A program made the translations under genes and the position numbers. Below are positions 29,248 through 41,395 of a stretch of 64,000 nt of DNA, piece after piece. The notes under the pieces were generated by a model. The model did not search any database. It had not been told where the DNA came from and saw only the letters and a program-made list of their open reading frames with translations. Within the stretch, counting starts at the first letter, position 1, and every line of letters begins with the position of its first letter. The DNA is taken from NCBI GenBank assembly GCA_041744215.1, contig JBGTLG010000016.1:96001-160000 (forward strand), written 5' to 3'. The DNA comes from Fimbriimonadales bacterium. GTDB lineage: Bacteria; Armatimonadota; Fimbriimonadia; Fimbriimonadales; ATM1.

Positions 29248-30107
29248 GTTCTTTGCCAGTATACAAAGGCGGCTCGTTTGATCCGAGCTGCGACACCGCG
29301 CTGCAGCTCAACGTTTTTCTCGTCACCGACTTTCTTGTGAAGTTCCTTCGCGATGAGTGCATTCGCCGCCGCGGCATGGAGCGCGCCGTCTTGGGGTTAT
29401 CGGGAGGTGTGGACTCTGCCGTCGCCACTTACCTTTGTACGAAGGCGTTTGGGCCCAAAAACGTGCACGTGTTTCGGATGCCGTACAAACTGAGCTCCGT
29501 CGAAAGTTTGACTCATGCACAACTGGTGATCGACGATCTGGGAATCGAATCGCGTACTGTCGATATCACAGAAATGGCCGATGGCTATCTACAATTCGAG
29601 CCGGATGCGACTTCGACGCGGATTGGGAACGTTTGCGCACGATGCAGAATGATTGTGCTGTTTGATCAAAGCGCGAAGGTGGGAGGATTACCGATAGGGA
29701 CCGGGAACAAGACTGAGCGCATGTTCGGATACTACACATGGCATGCGGACGACGCGCCGCCGATCAATCCGCTTGGCGATCTTTACAAGATGCAAGTGAA
29801 TCAACTCGCGCGCCATCTTGGTGTTCCTAGTGCGATCATCGACAAGCCGCCGACCGCAGACTTGGTGAAGGGTCAAACGGATGAAGGAGACTTCGGCATC
29901 TCGTATCAAAAAGCAGATCGCATTTTGGCGCTCCTGTTGAGCGGATATGCGCCTGCAAAACTTGTCGAGTTAGGCTTTGACAAGGATGAAGTCGCGATTG
30001 TGGTTAAGAGAGTGGATTCAACGCATTGGAAACGCCGCCTGCCGACGGTCGCGATGATATCGAACAGCGCGATCGGCGAGTTTTACTTGCGGCCAGTGGA
30101 TTATTGA
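29232..30107 (+). CDS. nadE: NAD+ synthetase (synthetase subunit)
   Basis: GLSGGVDSAV, GNVCARCRM, GTGNKTE, PLGDLYK, KPPTADL..GQTDE, HWKR. Confidence 0.95.
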   Translation: MPAEISSLPVYKGGSFDPSCDTALQLNVFLVTDFLVKFLRDECIRRRGMERAVLGLSGGVDSAVATYLCTKAFGPKNVHVFRMPYKLSSVESLTHAQLVIDDLGIESRTVDITEMADGYLQFEPDATSTRIGNVCARCRMIVLFDQSAKVGGLPIGTGNKTERMFGYYTWHADDAPPINPLGDLYKMQVNQLARHLGVPSAIIDKPPTADLVKGQTDEGDFGISYQKADRILALLLSGYAPAKLVELGFDKDEVAIVVKRVDSTHWKRRLPTVAMISNSAIGEFYLRPVDY

Positions 30108-30129
30108 CCGGCTGGTACAATCGCGCACC

Positions 30130-32214
30130 ATGCCCCACCTAGTTCTGGAGATTGGTTGCGAAGAGTTACCGGCGCACTCTGTTAGGCGAGCCGTCGAATC
30201 GCTTGCTGCGTCCGTAGCCGACGGCTTGCGCGATGCAAAGGTGCTTGGCGATGAGTTTGAGTTGAAGACGGCTTGCACGCCCAGAAGGTTGATTGTGGGG
30301 ATCGATGGCGTTCTTGTCAAGAGGGAATCTGAAACGATTTCGAAACGCGGTCCATCGAAGACTGCTGCCTACGACGCAGATGGAAATGCGACGAAGGCGC
30401 TTGAGGGATTTTGCAAGTCCGTAGGCACTTCGGTCGAGAGCGTGACGGTCGAAGGCGATTACATTTGGGCCGCGCAAGTAACGCAAGAGCAACCGACTCG
30501 CGAGTTACTCCCTGCAATTTTGATTCAGGCTATTCAGTCGATACCTTTCGACAAGACGATGCGATGGGGTACAGGGCGTATGCGTTTTGCTCGACCGATA
30601 CGCTGGATTCTCGCTGTTTTTGATCGAAGCGTCGTCTCCTTCCAAGTTGAGTCGGTTGCGAGTGGAAGCCAATCGCAAGGGCACCGGTTCCTGTGCCCTG
30701 GCGGATTCGAGGCTAATTCGTTCGGCGAGTTGCTCGACGGACTACGAGAGCGATTTGTCGAGGCTGACCCTCTGAAGCGGGAGGCTTTGATTCGAAGGGA
30801 AGCCGCGGAGAGATCTTCACGCAGAGCGGTACTGACTGATTCCCTGGTCGACGAGAACGTCTTTCTCACGGAATGGCCCAGAGCGATCGAAGGCTCGTTT
30901 CGTGAGGAGTTTCTTTCTCTTCCCCGCACGGTTCTTGTTACTGCGATGGCGAAGCATGAAAGGTTCTTCCCGATCGAGGATGACGGTGGTGAGATCACAA
31001 ATCGTTTCATCAGCATCATGAATGCTGGGGACGAGGGTGTCGTGCGGCGCGGCAACGAATGGGTTTTGAACGCAAGATTCAATGACGCGCTGTTCTTCTT
31101 TGAAGAGGACTCGCGCACAAAGTTGGAGGAGTTCTTAGAAAAGACATCGCGGATTCTGTTCCAGGAGAAGCTGGGTTCTGTCCGTCAGCGGGCGGATCGA
31201 ATTGCATCGCTCTCGAAAGCGATCGCGGAACACGCGCGGCTATCGAATGAGCAAGTCGAAAGGTGCTTTGAAGCCGGGAGGCTGTGCAAGGCCGATTTAA
31301 GCACTGGTCTCGTGTCAGAACTGCCCGCCTTACAGGGGCAGATTGGTGGCGAGTATGCACGAAGAGAAAACTATCCAGATGCGGTTTACGAGGGAATTGC
31401 CGCCCATTACGATCCCAATCTGTCGCCAACTTCTGCGGGTGAGATCGTGGCGCTGGTGGTGATGTGCGCGGATCAAGCCGACCGGCTCGCCGGCTATCTG
31501 GGAGTTGGTGAGACCCCAAAGGGGAGCAGCGATCCCTTCGCTCTTCGCAGAGCTGCAACGATGCTCGTTCAGGCTCAGCTTGGGTGGCACGCACCCACGG
31601 GATCCATTCATGACTGGATTGAATCCGCGGCGGAACTGCTTCGAGAACAAGGCAGTTCGATCGACGATAACGCTGCCATCCTTGAACGCTTCGACGCGAT
31701 TCTCGAAGGACGATATGAGGCGCTACTTGGTGAGATTCGATATGATGCGCGCGATGCAGTGTGGGCAGCCAACCATCGGCAGCCCTCGCGTCAGTTCCTT
31801 GAGCGCGCTAGGGCAGTAGCCGAGTTATCGTCGGAAGTCGCGTTTGTTCGCACGGCCAGACGTCCGATCAACATCGTGTCTGCGGCGGCGTCCAAGGCGA
31901 TCCCATTCGATCCTGAGAAGCGGTTAGGCGATGTGGATCGTTCTTTGTTCGATCACGAAGCCGAACATAGCTTGCTGGCAGCAGCACTGGCAGTCGCTCC
32001 GAAAGTTGATTCCCTTGCAGAATCTGGGAACTACGACCCTATGGCATCCACACTCAGAGAACTTTCTTCCCCGATTGATACGTACTTTGACTCAGTGATG
32101 GTCATGTCCGAGGACGAATCAAAACGACGGAACCGACTCGAGATGCTTTCTGGAGTCGCACGGTTGTTCCTTCATCTCGGGGACTTCAGCAAGATCGTCA
32201 TCGAAGGAGAATAG
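30130..32214 (+). CDS. glyS: Glycine-tRNA ligase beta subunit
   Basis: LEIGCEELP, TPRRL, MRWG..FARPIRW, ARFNDA, KADL, GSSDPFALRR, RRNRL. Confidence 0.95.
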   Translation: MPHLVLEIGCEELPAHSVRRAVESLAASVADGLRDAKVLGDEFELKTACTPRRLIVGIDGVLVKRESETISKRGPSKTAAYDADGNATKALEGFCKSVGTSVESVTVEGDYIWAAQVTQEQPTRELLPAILIQAIQSIPFDKTMRWGTGRMRFARPIRWILAVFDRSVVSFQVESVASGSQSQGHRFLCPGGFEANSFGELLDGLRERFVEADPLKREALIRREAAERSSRRAVLTDSLVDENVFLTEWPRAIEGSFREEFLSLPRTVLVTAMAKHERFFPIEDDGGEITNRFISIMNAGDEGVVRRGNEWVLNARFNDALFFFEEDSRTKLEEFLEKTSRILFQEKLGSVRQRADRIASLSKAIAEHARLSNEQVERCFEAGRLCKADLSTGLVSELPALQGQIGGEYARRENYPDAVYEGIAAHYDPNLSPTSAGEIVALVVMCADQADRLAGYLGVGETPKGSSDPFALRRAATMLVQAQLGWHAPTGSIHDWIESAAELLREQGSSIDDNAAILERFDAILEGRYEALLGEIRYDARDAVWAANHRQPSRQFLERARAVAELSSEVAFVRTARRPINIVSAAASKAIPFDPEKRLGDVDRSLFDHEAEHSLLAAALAVAPKVDSLAESGNYDPMASTLRELSSPIDTYFDSVMVMSEDESKRRNRLEMLSGVARLFLHLGDFSKIVIEGE

Positions 32215-32215
32215 G

Positions 32216-33097
32216 ATGCTCGCAACTCTGCTTTTTGCCGCGCAACTCACGGATCCGTACATGCTTCCGATTCCGAATACTCGCACCGTGGAAGTGCAAC
32301 TCGGCAAGATCACAAGAACATCGGACGGAAAGCGGGTGGGCATTCCGGAGATCGTCTCTGCCTCGGAGGGCAAGTATTGGATTTATCTCGGAGAGACGCA
32401 TGATAATCCCGATGCGCACATACTTCAGGCCGACATTGTTCGCGCACTCGTAAAAGGGGAGAGGACCGTCGTGGTGGGGATGGAGATGTATCAACGGTCA
32501 GTTCAGAGTGTGCTCTTTGAGTGGAGCGAGGGAAAACTTAGCGAGGAAGAGTTCGTCGAGAAATCGCAATGGAAGACGCAATGGGGATTCGATTACTCGC
32601 TTTATAAACCAGTTTTCGATGTCATCAAAGAGAAGAAGTTGCCGTTAGTCGGTCTCAACGTGCCGCGAGATTGGGTGCGTACTGCGAGTCGCGAAGGTTT
32701 CGACGCGTTACCTGAAGAGGCGAAGAAGCAACTTCCTGAGATGGACATGTCGAACAAGGATCATCGCAAAGTGTTCGACGCGCTAATGGGTGGGCATCCC
32801 GGGAGCAGCGCGGACGGCTTTTACCGCGGTCAAGTTTTGTGGGATGAAGCCATGGCTGACTCAGCGTTGCGCTATTTATTGTCGCGTGTTACAGATGACA
32901 AAGTGCTCTTTGCAGTTGTCGCGGGCAACGGGCACGTCATGTATTCACAAGGAATCAACTGGCGCGTCAAAAAACGCACCGGCGAATCCGGCATCACGGT
33001 TGTGCCCATAGAAATGTCAGCTGATTCACCAACAAGGCTGGTGACGGCCGGGTTGGCAGACTTTGTAGTCGGCGTTCCGGCCGTCGTTAGAAACTAA
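32216..33097 (+). CDS. ChaN-family (heme-uptake/Tiki superfamily) protein
   Basis: YLGETHDNP, GMEM, WGFDYSLYKPVF, QVLWDEAMA, AGNGHV. Confidence 0.85.
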   Translation: MLATLLFAAQLTDPYMLPIPNTRTVEVQLGKITRTSDGKRVGIPEIVSASEGKYWIYLGETHDNPDAHILQADIVRALVKGERTVVVGMEMYQRSVQSVLFEWSEGKLSEEEFVEKSQWKTQWGFDYSLYKPVFDVIKEKKLPLVGLNVPRDWVRTASREGFDALPEEAKKQLPEMDMSNKDHRKVFDALMGGHPGSSADGFYRGQVLWDEAMADSALRYLLSRVTDDKVLFAVVAGNGHVMYSQGINWRVKKRTGESGITVVPIEMSADSPTRLVTAGLADFVVGVPAVVRN

Positions 33098-33471
33098 CTC
33101 TGACTCGAGGACTTATACAGCGAGATTGCTGCTCCCTGCGGGTCTTGAATCACGCAGATGCGCCCGACCTCCGGGATGTCGAACGCAGGCATGAGGATCT
33201 TCCCGCCGAGCGCTACCGCCTTGGCCGCTGTAGCATCCACGTCGTCAACGCCGACATAGATCATCCAGTGCGGGGGCACGCCTTCCCACTGAGGTCCCTC
33301 CATCGGCTGGATGCCGCCGAAAGTCTCATCCCCGTGCTTGAACATGGCGTACGGGCTTCCTTGGCCCATGTCCCACTCTTCAACCCCCCAGCCGAGAAGC
33401 TCCGTATAGAACTTTCGGCTGCCTGCCGCGTCCGGCGTGTTTACCTCGAACCAAACGAATGGTGATGGCAT
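33094..33471 (-). CDS. VOC/glyoxalase family protein
   Basis: FVWFEV, FYTELLGW, PPHWMIY, DIPEVGR, DPQGA. Confidence 0.9.
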   Translation of the reverse strand: MPSPFVWFEVNTPDAAGSRKFYTELLGWGVEEWDMGQGSPYAMFKHGDETFGGIQPMEGPQWEGVPPHWMIYVGVDDVDATAAKAVALGGKILMPAFDIPEVGRICVIQDPQGAAISLYKSSSQS

Positions 33472-33570
33472 TGCTTCTTCTCCTTCAACAAGTTTCCCGC
33501 GTATGCGGAGTAGACATATGTATACCCTATCTCCACATTGCGATCTTGTAGGAGTTTAGGCAAATGTGGC

Positions 33571-33599
33571 TTGACAACCGGTCGCCACAGTGCCATAAT
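33571..33599 (+). promoter_or_regulatory. Housekeeping sigma promoter of groESL
   Basis: TTGACA (33571) - 17 bp - CATAAT (33594) with extended TG. Confidence 0.85.
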
Positions 33600-33625
33600 T
33601 GGCACTCAAGCAACGAGAGTGCTAA
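33599..33625 (+). promoter_or_regulatory. CIRCE element (HrcA operator)
   Basis: TTGGCACTC-N9-GAGTGCTAA, one mismatch to the TTAGCACTC-N9-GAGTGCTAA consensus. Confidence 0.93.
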
Positions 33626-33689
33626 CGCTCCCAGCAGAGGAGCGCCAGGCTCCGTTCCAGAGATTCAATCAAGGAGGTTTGGAAAAACC

Positions 33690-35626
<1,937 letters not shown>

Positions 35627-35646
35627 ACGTCGACAGATCGTGACTC

Positions 35647-35688
35647 GAACGGATAGGTCGGAGGCGGCCTATCCGTTCTTCCTTTGTT
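35647..35688 (+). terminator. Intrinsic terminator after groEL
   Basis: GAACGGATAGGTCG-gagg-CGGCCTATCCGTTC stem followed by ttcctttgtt. Confidence 0.8.
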
Positions 35689-35754
35689 ACTCCTGTTAGG
35701 ATTGACACCTTTTAGCGGCGTGCAATCGTTGGCAGGGAGGTAAATTCGGCAATC

Positions 35755-36582
35755 ATGCGTTGGAAAGGCCGGAGACAGAGCGACAACGTCGAGGATCGGA
35801 GAGGTGCTGGCCCTATAATCGCGGGCGGAGGCATCGTAACCGCAATCATCGCCTTCGCCGTGTACCTGCTTGGTGGGGACCCCGCAGCGCTCACGGACCT
35901 GACTCAGGGCCAGACCGGGGAACGGCCAGGGCCAGGCATAGATGACGAGGGCAGGGAGTTCGTGAGCGTCGTCCTGGCCGATACCGAGGTGGTTTGGACC
36001 GAGCTTTTTCAGAAAATGGGTCGCCGGTATGAAAAGCCAAAATTGGTTCTGTTCAGCGGTCGTGTTCAGTCTGCCTGCGGCTTTGCTTCCGACGCGACGG
36101 GTCCGTTTTATTGTCCTCCAGACAAAAGCGTTTACATTGACCTTTCATTCTTCGATATGCTCCAGTCACGATTTGGCGCCCCGGGAGAGTTTGCGCGCGC
36201 GTATGTCATCGCCCATGAGGTCGGTCATCACATCCAGAATTTGGTTGGAACGATGGATCAAGTCCAAGCGCAGAGGCAGCGAGTCTCGAAGACAGAATAC
36301 AACCAGTTGTCGGTGCGTCTCGAACTTCAGGCCGACTACTATGCAGGCGTCTGGGCGCACCACGCTCGTGACTTAGCATCGCTCACCGAGCAAGACATTC
36401 GCGATGCAATGAAAGCCGCAAACGCAATCGGTGATGATTCGCTTCAAAAGGAAGCGCAAGGTTATGTCGTGCCCGACTCGTTCACTCACGGATCCTCCGA
36501 GCAACGCGTACGTTGGTTTATGAGCGGTTACAAGTCTGGCGACCCTACAGAGGGTGACACGTTTTCTGCGCGGAGCCTCTAG
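35755..36582 (+). CDS. YpfJ-family neutral zinc metallopeptidase
   Basis: MRWKGRRQSDNVEDRRG, GPFYCP, AHEVGHHIQ, ELQAD, SFTHGSS. Confidence 0.92.
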   Translation: MRWKGRRQSDNVEDRRGAGPIIAGGGIVTAIIAFAVYLLGGDPAALTDLTQGQTGERPGPGIDDEGREFVSVVLADTEVVWTELFQKMGRRYEKPKLVLFSGRVQSACGFASDATGPFYCPPDKSVYIDLSFFDMLQSRFGAPGEFARAYVIAHEVGHHIQNLVGTMDQVQAQRQRVSKTEYNQLSVRLELQADYYAGVWAHHARDLASLTEQDIRDAMKAANAIGDDSLQKEAQGYVVPDSFTHGSSEQRVRWFMSGYKSGDPTEGDTFSARSL

Positions 36583-36760
36583 TTTCGCCGTCGATTGCGC
36601 CATTGCTTTATCAGATTTTTTCGGTTGTTGCTGCGCAGTTGGCATCGGCGTCAGAGTTGATAGCTAGCGTAAATCCTTTAGAAGTCTGACCTCTGACTGC
36701 TTCCGCTGGAAGCCGCACGAGTTACCCTCTACAATAGTCGCAACTGGCTATAATGGCTGC

Positions 36761-38803
36761 ATGCTCGCGGTTCTGTTGGCGGTTGTCACGGCCGGGCAGG
36801 AGGATGTGCTTGCCGGGGACATTCGGCTGGATCACCCCCTTTCACTGCACTGCGAAGTCGTCGGCGTGCGAAATGTGCTTGCCGAGATCGGAAAGCAGGC
36901 CGAAGTGAAACTTCAGGTCGAACCCGCCCTTGCAGAAGACCTGATGGTTCTTTTCACCAAGGATCGCTCCGCAAGAGAGATCATGGCGCGAATTGCAGAG
37001 CACTTCGATTGGACGTGGAAGCGGAGCGAGGATGGCTACACCCTTTACAGAACCGACGAGCAGAGAGTTGAGGAGAGCCGTGCACTAAGAGAGCAGATTC
37101 TTGAGCCGTATCAATCACTTCGGAAGAGAGCAACAGAGTTGCTTGAATCCACAGAAGATAGTGAGAAGATAATGCGAAAGCTAAGTGGTATCTACGATCA
37201 AGTCAGCGAGTTAGTTCAATTAGGAGACCACGAATCAGCGCATGTCCTCACACGTCAGGCAATGCAATTGGAAATGTCGCTCGATCCGTTAGGGCAAGTG
37301 GCGCTCGGTGCAATTGCGAGTTTGACAGACGAACAGTGTCTCGAATTGGACGATAGAAAGCGAGTGGTCTTCGCAACCGATCCGACGCGAGCGCAAATCG
37401 CACTGCACGAGAAGGCAATTGGGATTGCGAAAACTACTCTTGCGACAGCTACCAGTAGTATGTACGTAGAGGGCGAGCTTATGAAGGTCGTCGGTGAGCC
37501 GACGCGTGTACGAATCATTCTGTCTGCACGCCCTGACATGATGCTATCCGCAAATGTCAGCCTATACGAAGGAAACCGCCATTTGCATTCGACATCTTAT
37601 AGCTACCCCTTAGTAGGTGCCGACGAATCTCCTCCGAAGCGGCAGCAGCGCGACCTCCCAAGTGTTCTAACTGCGCGAGTTGAATTGTCCGATGAAATGC
37701 ACGCGCTGTTAGTCAGCGTTCCGAACTTTGAAGCTTCGCCCGACTGGCTCGTCGCAATGCGAAGGTCTCAAACGACACTGGGATCACGCGTAGATCCAAG
37801 TTGGCCGAATGGCCTATTCGCGAGAGAGTTTGTCAAACTGACCGACTTGTCGTACATCGGGACTGTCTACGACCTTGACCATTCCGAGCGGGTGTTCCAA
37901 CTCTCACAGATCACACCTGCAGCACTGCTTGACAGGTGGTGCGTTCCCGACAAGGAGTGGACCTACACCGACGGTTGGATCAAGGTGAAACACAAGAAAT
38001 CGGCGCTGGGGCGCTTCTCTACGGTTCCAAGATCGCGCTATTTTGAGTGGCGCGATAGGACGCTGCGACAAGCAGGGATGACCCTTGATCAATTCGCGGA
38101 GATTTGTGCCAGCATGAACGATAAACAACTGTCCAACTCGATCATGATGCGGGTCTTTGGAACCGGATTCGACTCTTATCGGGGAACGCAAACCTTCTAT
38201 TGCGGTCGACTATGGCAGACTCTCTCTCCGGCGCAGAAACGGATTGTGTCAGTTGGCGTTGGCGTGCCTGTTGCGACGATGACCGAGCACCAGCGCCATT
38301 TGTACGCAGAAGTTTTACTCCGTGGGAATCGCAACTCTGGAACAACCTCCAGTATGGATCCGCTTGAGCAACAGATCACCGAATGGCGAAAAGAAGTTGC
38401 CCACCCGAACGACATACACAGTGCGACCAGTGCAGTCGAAATCACCGATATTTTGCCGCTTGTGCACGAAGGAAGGGCGACTCTGAACGTTCGGATTGAG
38501 CGGATTGATGCGCTATTGATGCAGCATCGTGCGGGAACGTTTCTGACGAAGCTGGATGCGATCGCTCACAGGATCGCGGCAGAAGTCGAATTCGATCCAG
38601 AAGAGCAGTTCAAACCCGTCATGTTTGACGTTGCTCTTTTCACGCTTGAACCGCTGCCCGGGTTACGTCGGGGATCGGAGGTTCGATGCTACTCAACCGA
38701 GCCCAACTCGGAATTCGTTGCGTACAGCAAGCTGCCTTCGCACATTCGTGAAAGAGCTCAACAGATCGCGCAAACGATCCGAGAGCGCGCAGGTGGTGGC
38801 TAA
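36761..38803 (+). CDS. Large exported hypothetical protein with N-terminal secretin-N/STN-like segment
   Basis: 680-aa ORF, short signal, D.RLD..LSL...VL.EI....V.L pattern; TATAAT 6 nt before ATG. Confidence 0.65.
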   Translation: MLAVLLAVVTAGQEDVLAGDIRLDHPLSLHCEVVGVRNVLAEIGKQAEVKLQVEPALAEDLMVLFTKDRSAREIMARIAEHFDWTWKRSEDGYTLYRTDEQRVEESRALREQILEPYQSLRKRATELLESTEDSEKIMRKLSGIYDQVSELVQLGDHESAHVLTRQAMQLEMSLDPLGQVALGAIASLTDEQCLELDDRKRVVFATDPTRAQIALHEKAIGIAKTTLATATSSMYVEGELMKVVGEPTRVRIILSARPDMMLSANVSLYEGNRHLHSTSYSYPLVGADESPPKRQQRDLPSVLTARVELSDEMHALLVSVPNFEASPDWLVAMRRSQTTLGSRVDPSWPNGLFAREFVKLTDLSYIGTVYDLDHSERVFQLSQITPAALLDRWCVPDKEWTYTDGWIKVKHKKSALGRFSTVPRSRYFEWRDRTLRQAGMTLDQFAEICASMNDKQLSNSIMMRVFGTGFDSYRGTQTFYCGRLWQTLSPAQKRIVSVGVGVPVATMTEHQRHLYAEVLLRGNRNSGTTSSMDPLEQQITEWRKEVAHPNDIHSATSAVEITDILPLVHEGRATLNVRIERIDALLMQHRAGTFLTKLDAIAHRIAAEVEFDPEEQFKPVMFDVALFTLEPLPGLRRGSEVRCYSTEPNSEFVAYSKLPSHIRERAQQIAQTIRERAGGG

Positions 38804-39198
38804 CGATCCGTCAATTCGATGTAGTGACGATCAGGGTCCTCGACAAAGTACGATCTCCTGCCCGTTCCAAACTCGATCGGACCCTTAACGGGAACTCCCG
38901 ACAACCCCAGCGCGCCGGCGACTTTGTCAAGGTCCGCGCCATCCACCCGAAAGGCAACGTGGTAGACGGAGCCATTCGGCCCCCCGTGCTCGGCGAGGTA
39001 CTCAGCTGCCAAATCTGTGCCCGGATCATTGGGGTTGAAAAGGACAAGCAGAAAATCTCCCGACTTCAAGAATACGTGCTTGCCCGGCTCGTGCGACTGG
39101 ACTGAGAACCCGAGACGGTCGCAGTACCACTGCATAGAGAGTTCAACGTCTTCAACCCAAAGGGCAAGTTCGGAGATTGACTTGATGAATCCTGGCAT
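38800..39198 (-). CDS. VOC/glyoxalase family protein
   Basis: ELALWVEDVE, YHVAF, SYFVEDPDRHYIEL. Confidence 0.85.
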   Translation of the reverse strand: MPGFIKSISELALWVEDVELSMQWYCDRLGFSVQSHEPGKHVFLKSGDFLLVLFNPNDPGTDLAAEYLAEHGGPNGSVYHVAFRVDGADLDKVAGALGLSGVPVKGPIEFGTGRRSYFVEDPDRHYIELTDR

Positions 39199-39222
39199 CT
39201 CGCGTAATGTACCGCCAGAAGG

Positions 39223-39798
39223 CTAAGGATCGTATCCCAATCTCTCCAGGAGACCCGCTTTCACGCTGGGCCATTCTTGACTGGTGATACTGAACATCAC
39301 TGTGTCTCGGACGTACCCGTCTGGCATGATGATGTGGTTTCGCAACACTCCTTCGAGTTTAAGTCCTAACTTTTTCATCGCTGCCTGGCTTCGCTCGTTT
39401 CGCAAATCCGTTTTCAGTTGCACCCGTATTGCGCCTAAAACCTCGAAGGCGTGGCGGAGCATGAGGCATTTCATCTCGGGGTTGACGTGAGTCCCCCTTG
39501 CCCTCTCAGTGAGCCATGTGTGCCCGATTTCAAGGCCCCGATGCTCTTCGCGAAAATCGAAAAACGAGGAACTGCCGAGGAAGTCGCCTTCCGCTGACAC
39601 GACCGCGAACGCCGTGCGATCTGGGGGAATCGCTTGTATGAACGCTCGGACTCCCGCTCGTGTGAACTCGTGAGGAGCATCCTGGATGTACCGAAATGTC
39701 TCAGCATCGACAGCACTCAGGAATTGGGTAGCGTGCCCCTCTTCGAGCGGCTCGAGGCGGAGCGTTCGGCCAAGCAGAGTCACGGGAGTTACCCACAC
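39223..39798 (-). CDS. GNAT N-acetyltransferase (RimJ/RimL type)
   Basis: LEIGHTW, LRHAFE, RVQLKTDLRNERSQAA, EGVLRNH. Confidence 0.9.
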   Translation of the reverse strand: MWVTPVTLLGRTLRLEPLEEGHATQFLSAVDAETFRYIQDAPHEFTRAGVRAFIQAIPPDRTAFAVVSAEGDFLGSSSFFDFREEHRGLEIGHTWLTERARGTHVNPEMKCLMLRHAFEVLGAIRVQLKTDLRNERSQAAMKKLGLKLEGVLRNHIIMPDGYVRDTVMFSITSQEWPSVKAGLLERLGYDP

Positions 39799-39858
39799 CC
39801 CCGCAGTTTATCCACCGAGACTAAGCGTCGCGCCATGGAATACCGAAGATTACGTCGG

Positions 39859-40167
39859 ATGACTCACATTCTTGAACAGCCGATCCTTGGCCTGGAGCAA
39901 GCTTTCCCCGAGCGCCTCTGGCTCCTGGCGCACCCGAGCACCGGGCGCTACGGCTGCTTCTGTCACAACGGAGTGCACGGCCTCGCTTGCTTCAGTTCCG
40001 AAGTGGCTGCGATTAGGTTCGGGGAGTGGATTGACCTCGTTGGCATGACGACGGAGGAAGCGAGCTTCGATGAAGCACGCGAAATAGCGAAATCTCGGCC
40101 TCTTCCTGTTGTCTCGTTAATGCTTCTCGACCGGCTGGATGAGCCTGTTGTGCATTTCGTGCGTTGA
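39859..40167 (+). CDS. Hypothetical protein
   Basis: Fills the gap between two minus-strand genes; globular composition; start uncertain (39835 or 39859). Confidence 0.6.
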   Translation: MTHILEQPILGLEQAFPERLWLLAHPSTGRYGCFCHNGVHGLACFSSEVAAIRFGEWIDLVGMTTEEASFDEAREIAKSRPLPVVSLMLLDRLDEPVVHFVR

Positions 40168-40184
40168 CGCGCTGAGTTCTCGCA

Positions 40185-41378
40185 TCAAGCCATCAACTTC
40201 CAGATTTCGTTCTGTGGACTTCCAATCCAGTCACACCCGTCGGCAGTTACAGCCACCATTTCCTCCAACCCAAGGTAGCCACGATCTTTCAAGGTCACAC
40301 CGAGCTCAAGTGTATAGACCTCACTCTCTTCGACGACACCGTACGGCGTGTTGCCGTAGCGTTCCCACCTAGGACCCAGAATCGTCCCTCCGTCGTGGGC
40401 GACTCGCCCGACTTGATGGCCGACAGCGTGTAGATACTCGTCATACTCGCTGGCCACGATTGACTTTCGCGCGGCATCGTCCACCATCCAACCTTCAACA
40501 CCTGGCTTGAGTGCTGCCTTCGCTGCAAGGATTGCACTTTTGACTGCGGTAAATGCTCGTACAACGTCGTCGGGTGGTTCCTCCCCCGCAGTTACGTACC
40601 AAGAGCGCTGTATGTCAGAGCAGTAGCCTTCCCTCTCCACCCCGAGATCTATGTGAAAGATGTGGCCAGGCTCGATTGTAATGGCGTCGCTTGGAATGCC
40701 GTGACCTATCATCGAGCTCGGCCCGGAGTTTACGATCGGGTTTCCGTGGCGGTCCCATGCGAAACCCAGATTTCGTTCCCGCATCATGGTATGGATTAGA
40801 TCGTAAACATGCTTTTCGCTTTGTCCGGATCGGACGATCGCTTGTACTGTATTGAATATCTCGGCGGTGTCTAAAACTGCTGCGCGGATCTTGGCCAACT
40901 CTGTTTCCGACTTTCTTCCTCTGAGGCGGCGAACGATACTCTCTGCGCTTACGCACGAGGAGGTAAACCGCGTGCCGTCGAGCATTTTTTGCAACAGCAG
41001 GAACATGCCGTGCGTGAGGCCATCGGACTTGACGTCGTTCTCTGAGAAGTTGACGGCGATGCTTTCGCCGGGAGCGATGTTGTTTTCAAGAACGCCGAGC
41101 AACGGATCCTTGATGCTTTGCACATAGGGAATCACTTCATCCCAGTCCCCACTCGCCTTCAGCGGGTCCGCGTCGTAGTTGCCGACGACCGCGATCGTCT
41201 TGCCCGATTTCGTGACAATAAGCGCACTTTGCCACGTCAGCCCGCCTTTGTAGAGCAACGGGAGGACGGGGTCTGCGCCTTCGATTGTTTCGCGGACGAA
41301 GGTGAGCCAAGCACCGACTCCTTCTTCTGCGACCAAGCTCTTGGCTTGGCTTAGCTTCTCAGACTGAATGGACTTCAT
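40185..41378 (-). CDS. M24-family Xaa-Pro aminopeptidase
   Basis: HIDLG, GYCSDIQR, HAVGHQVG..HD, TLELG, LEEMV. Confidence 0.9.
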   Translation of the reverse strand: MKSIQSEKLSQAKSLVAEEGVGAWLTFVRETIEGADPVLPLLYKGGLTWQSALIVTKSGKTIAVVGNYDADPLKASGDWDEVIPYVQSIKDPLLGVLENNIAPGESIAVNFSENDVKSDGLTHGMFLLLQKMLDGTRFTSSCVSAESIVRRLRGRKSETELAKIRAAVLDTAEIFNTVQAIVRSGQSEKHVYDLIHTMMRERNLGFAWDRHGNPIVNSGPSSMIGHGIPSDAITIEPGHIFHIDLGVEREGYCSDIQRSWYVTAGEEPPDDVVRAFTAVKSAILAAKAALKPGVEGWMVDDAARKSIVASEYDEYLHAVGHQVGRVAHDGGTILGPRWERYGNTPYGVVEESEVYTLELGVTLKDRGYLGLEEMVAVTADGCDWIGSPQNEIWKLMA

Positions 41379-41395
41379 AGGGTTGAATGCTCAGA

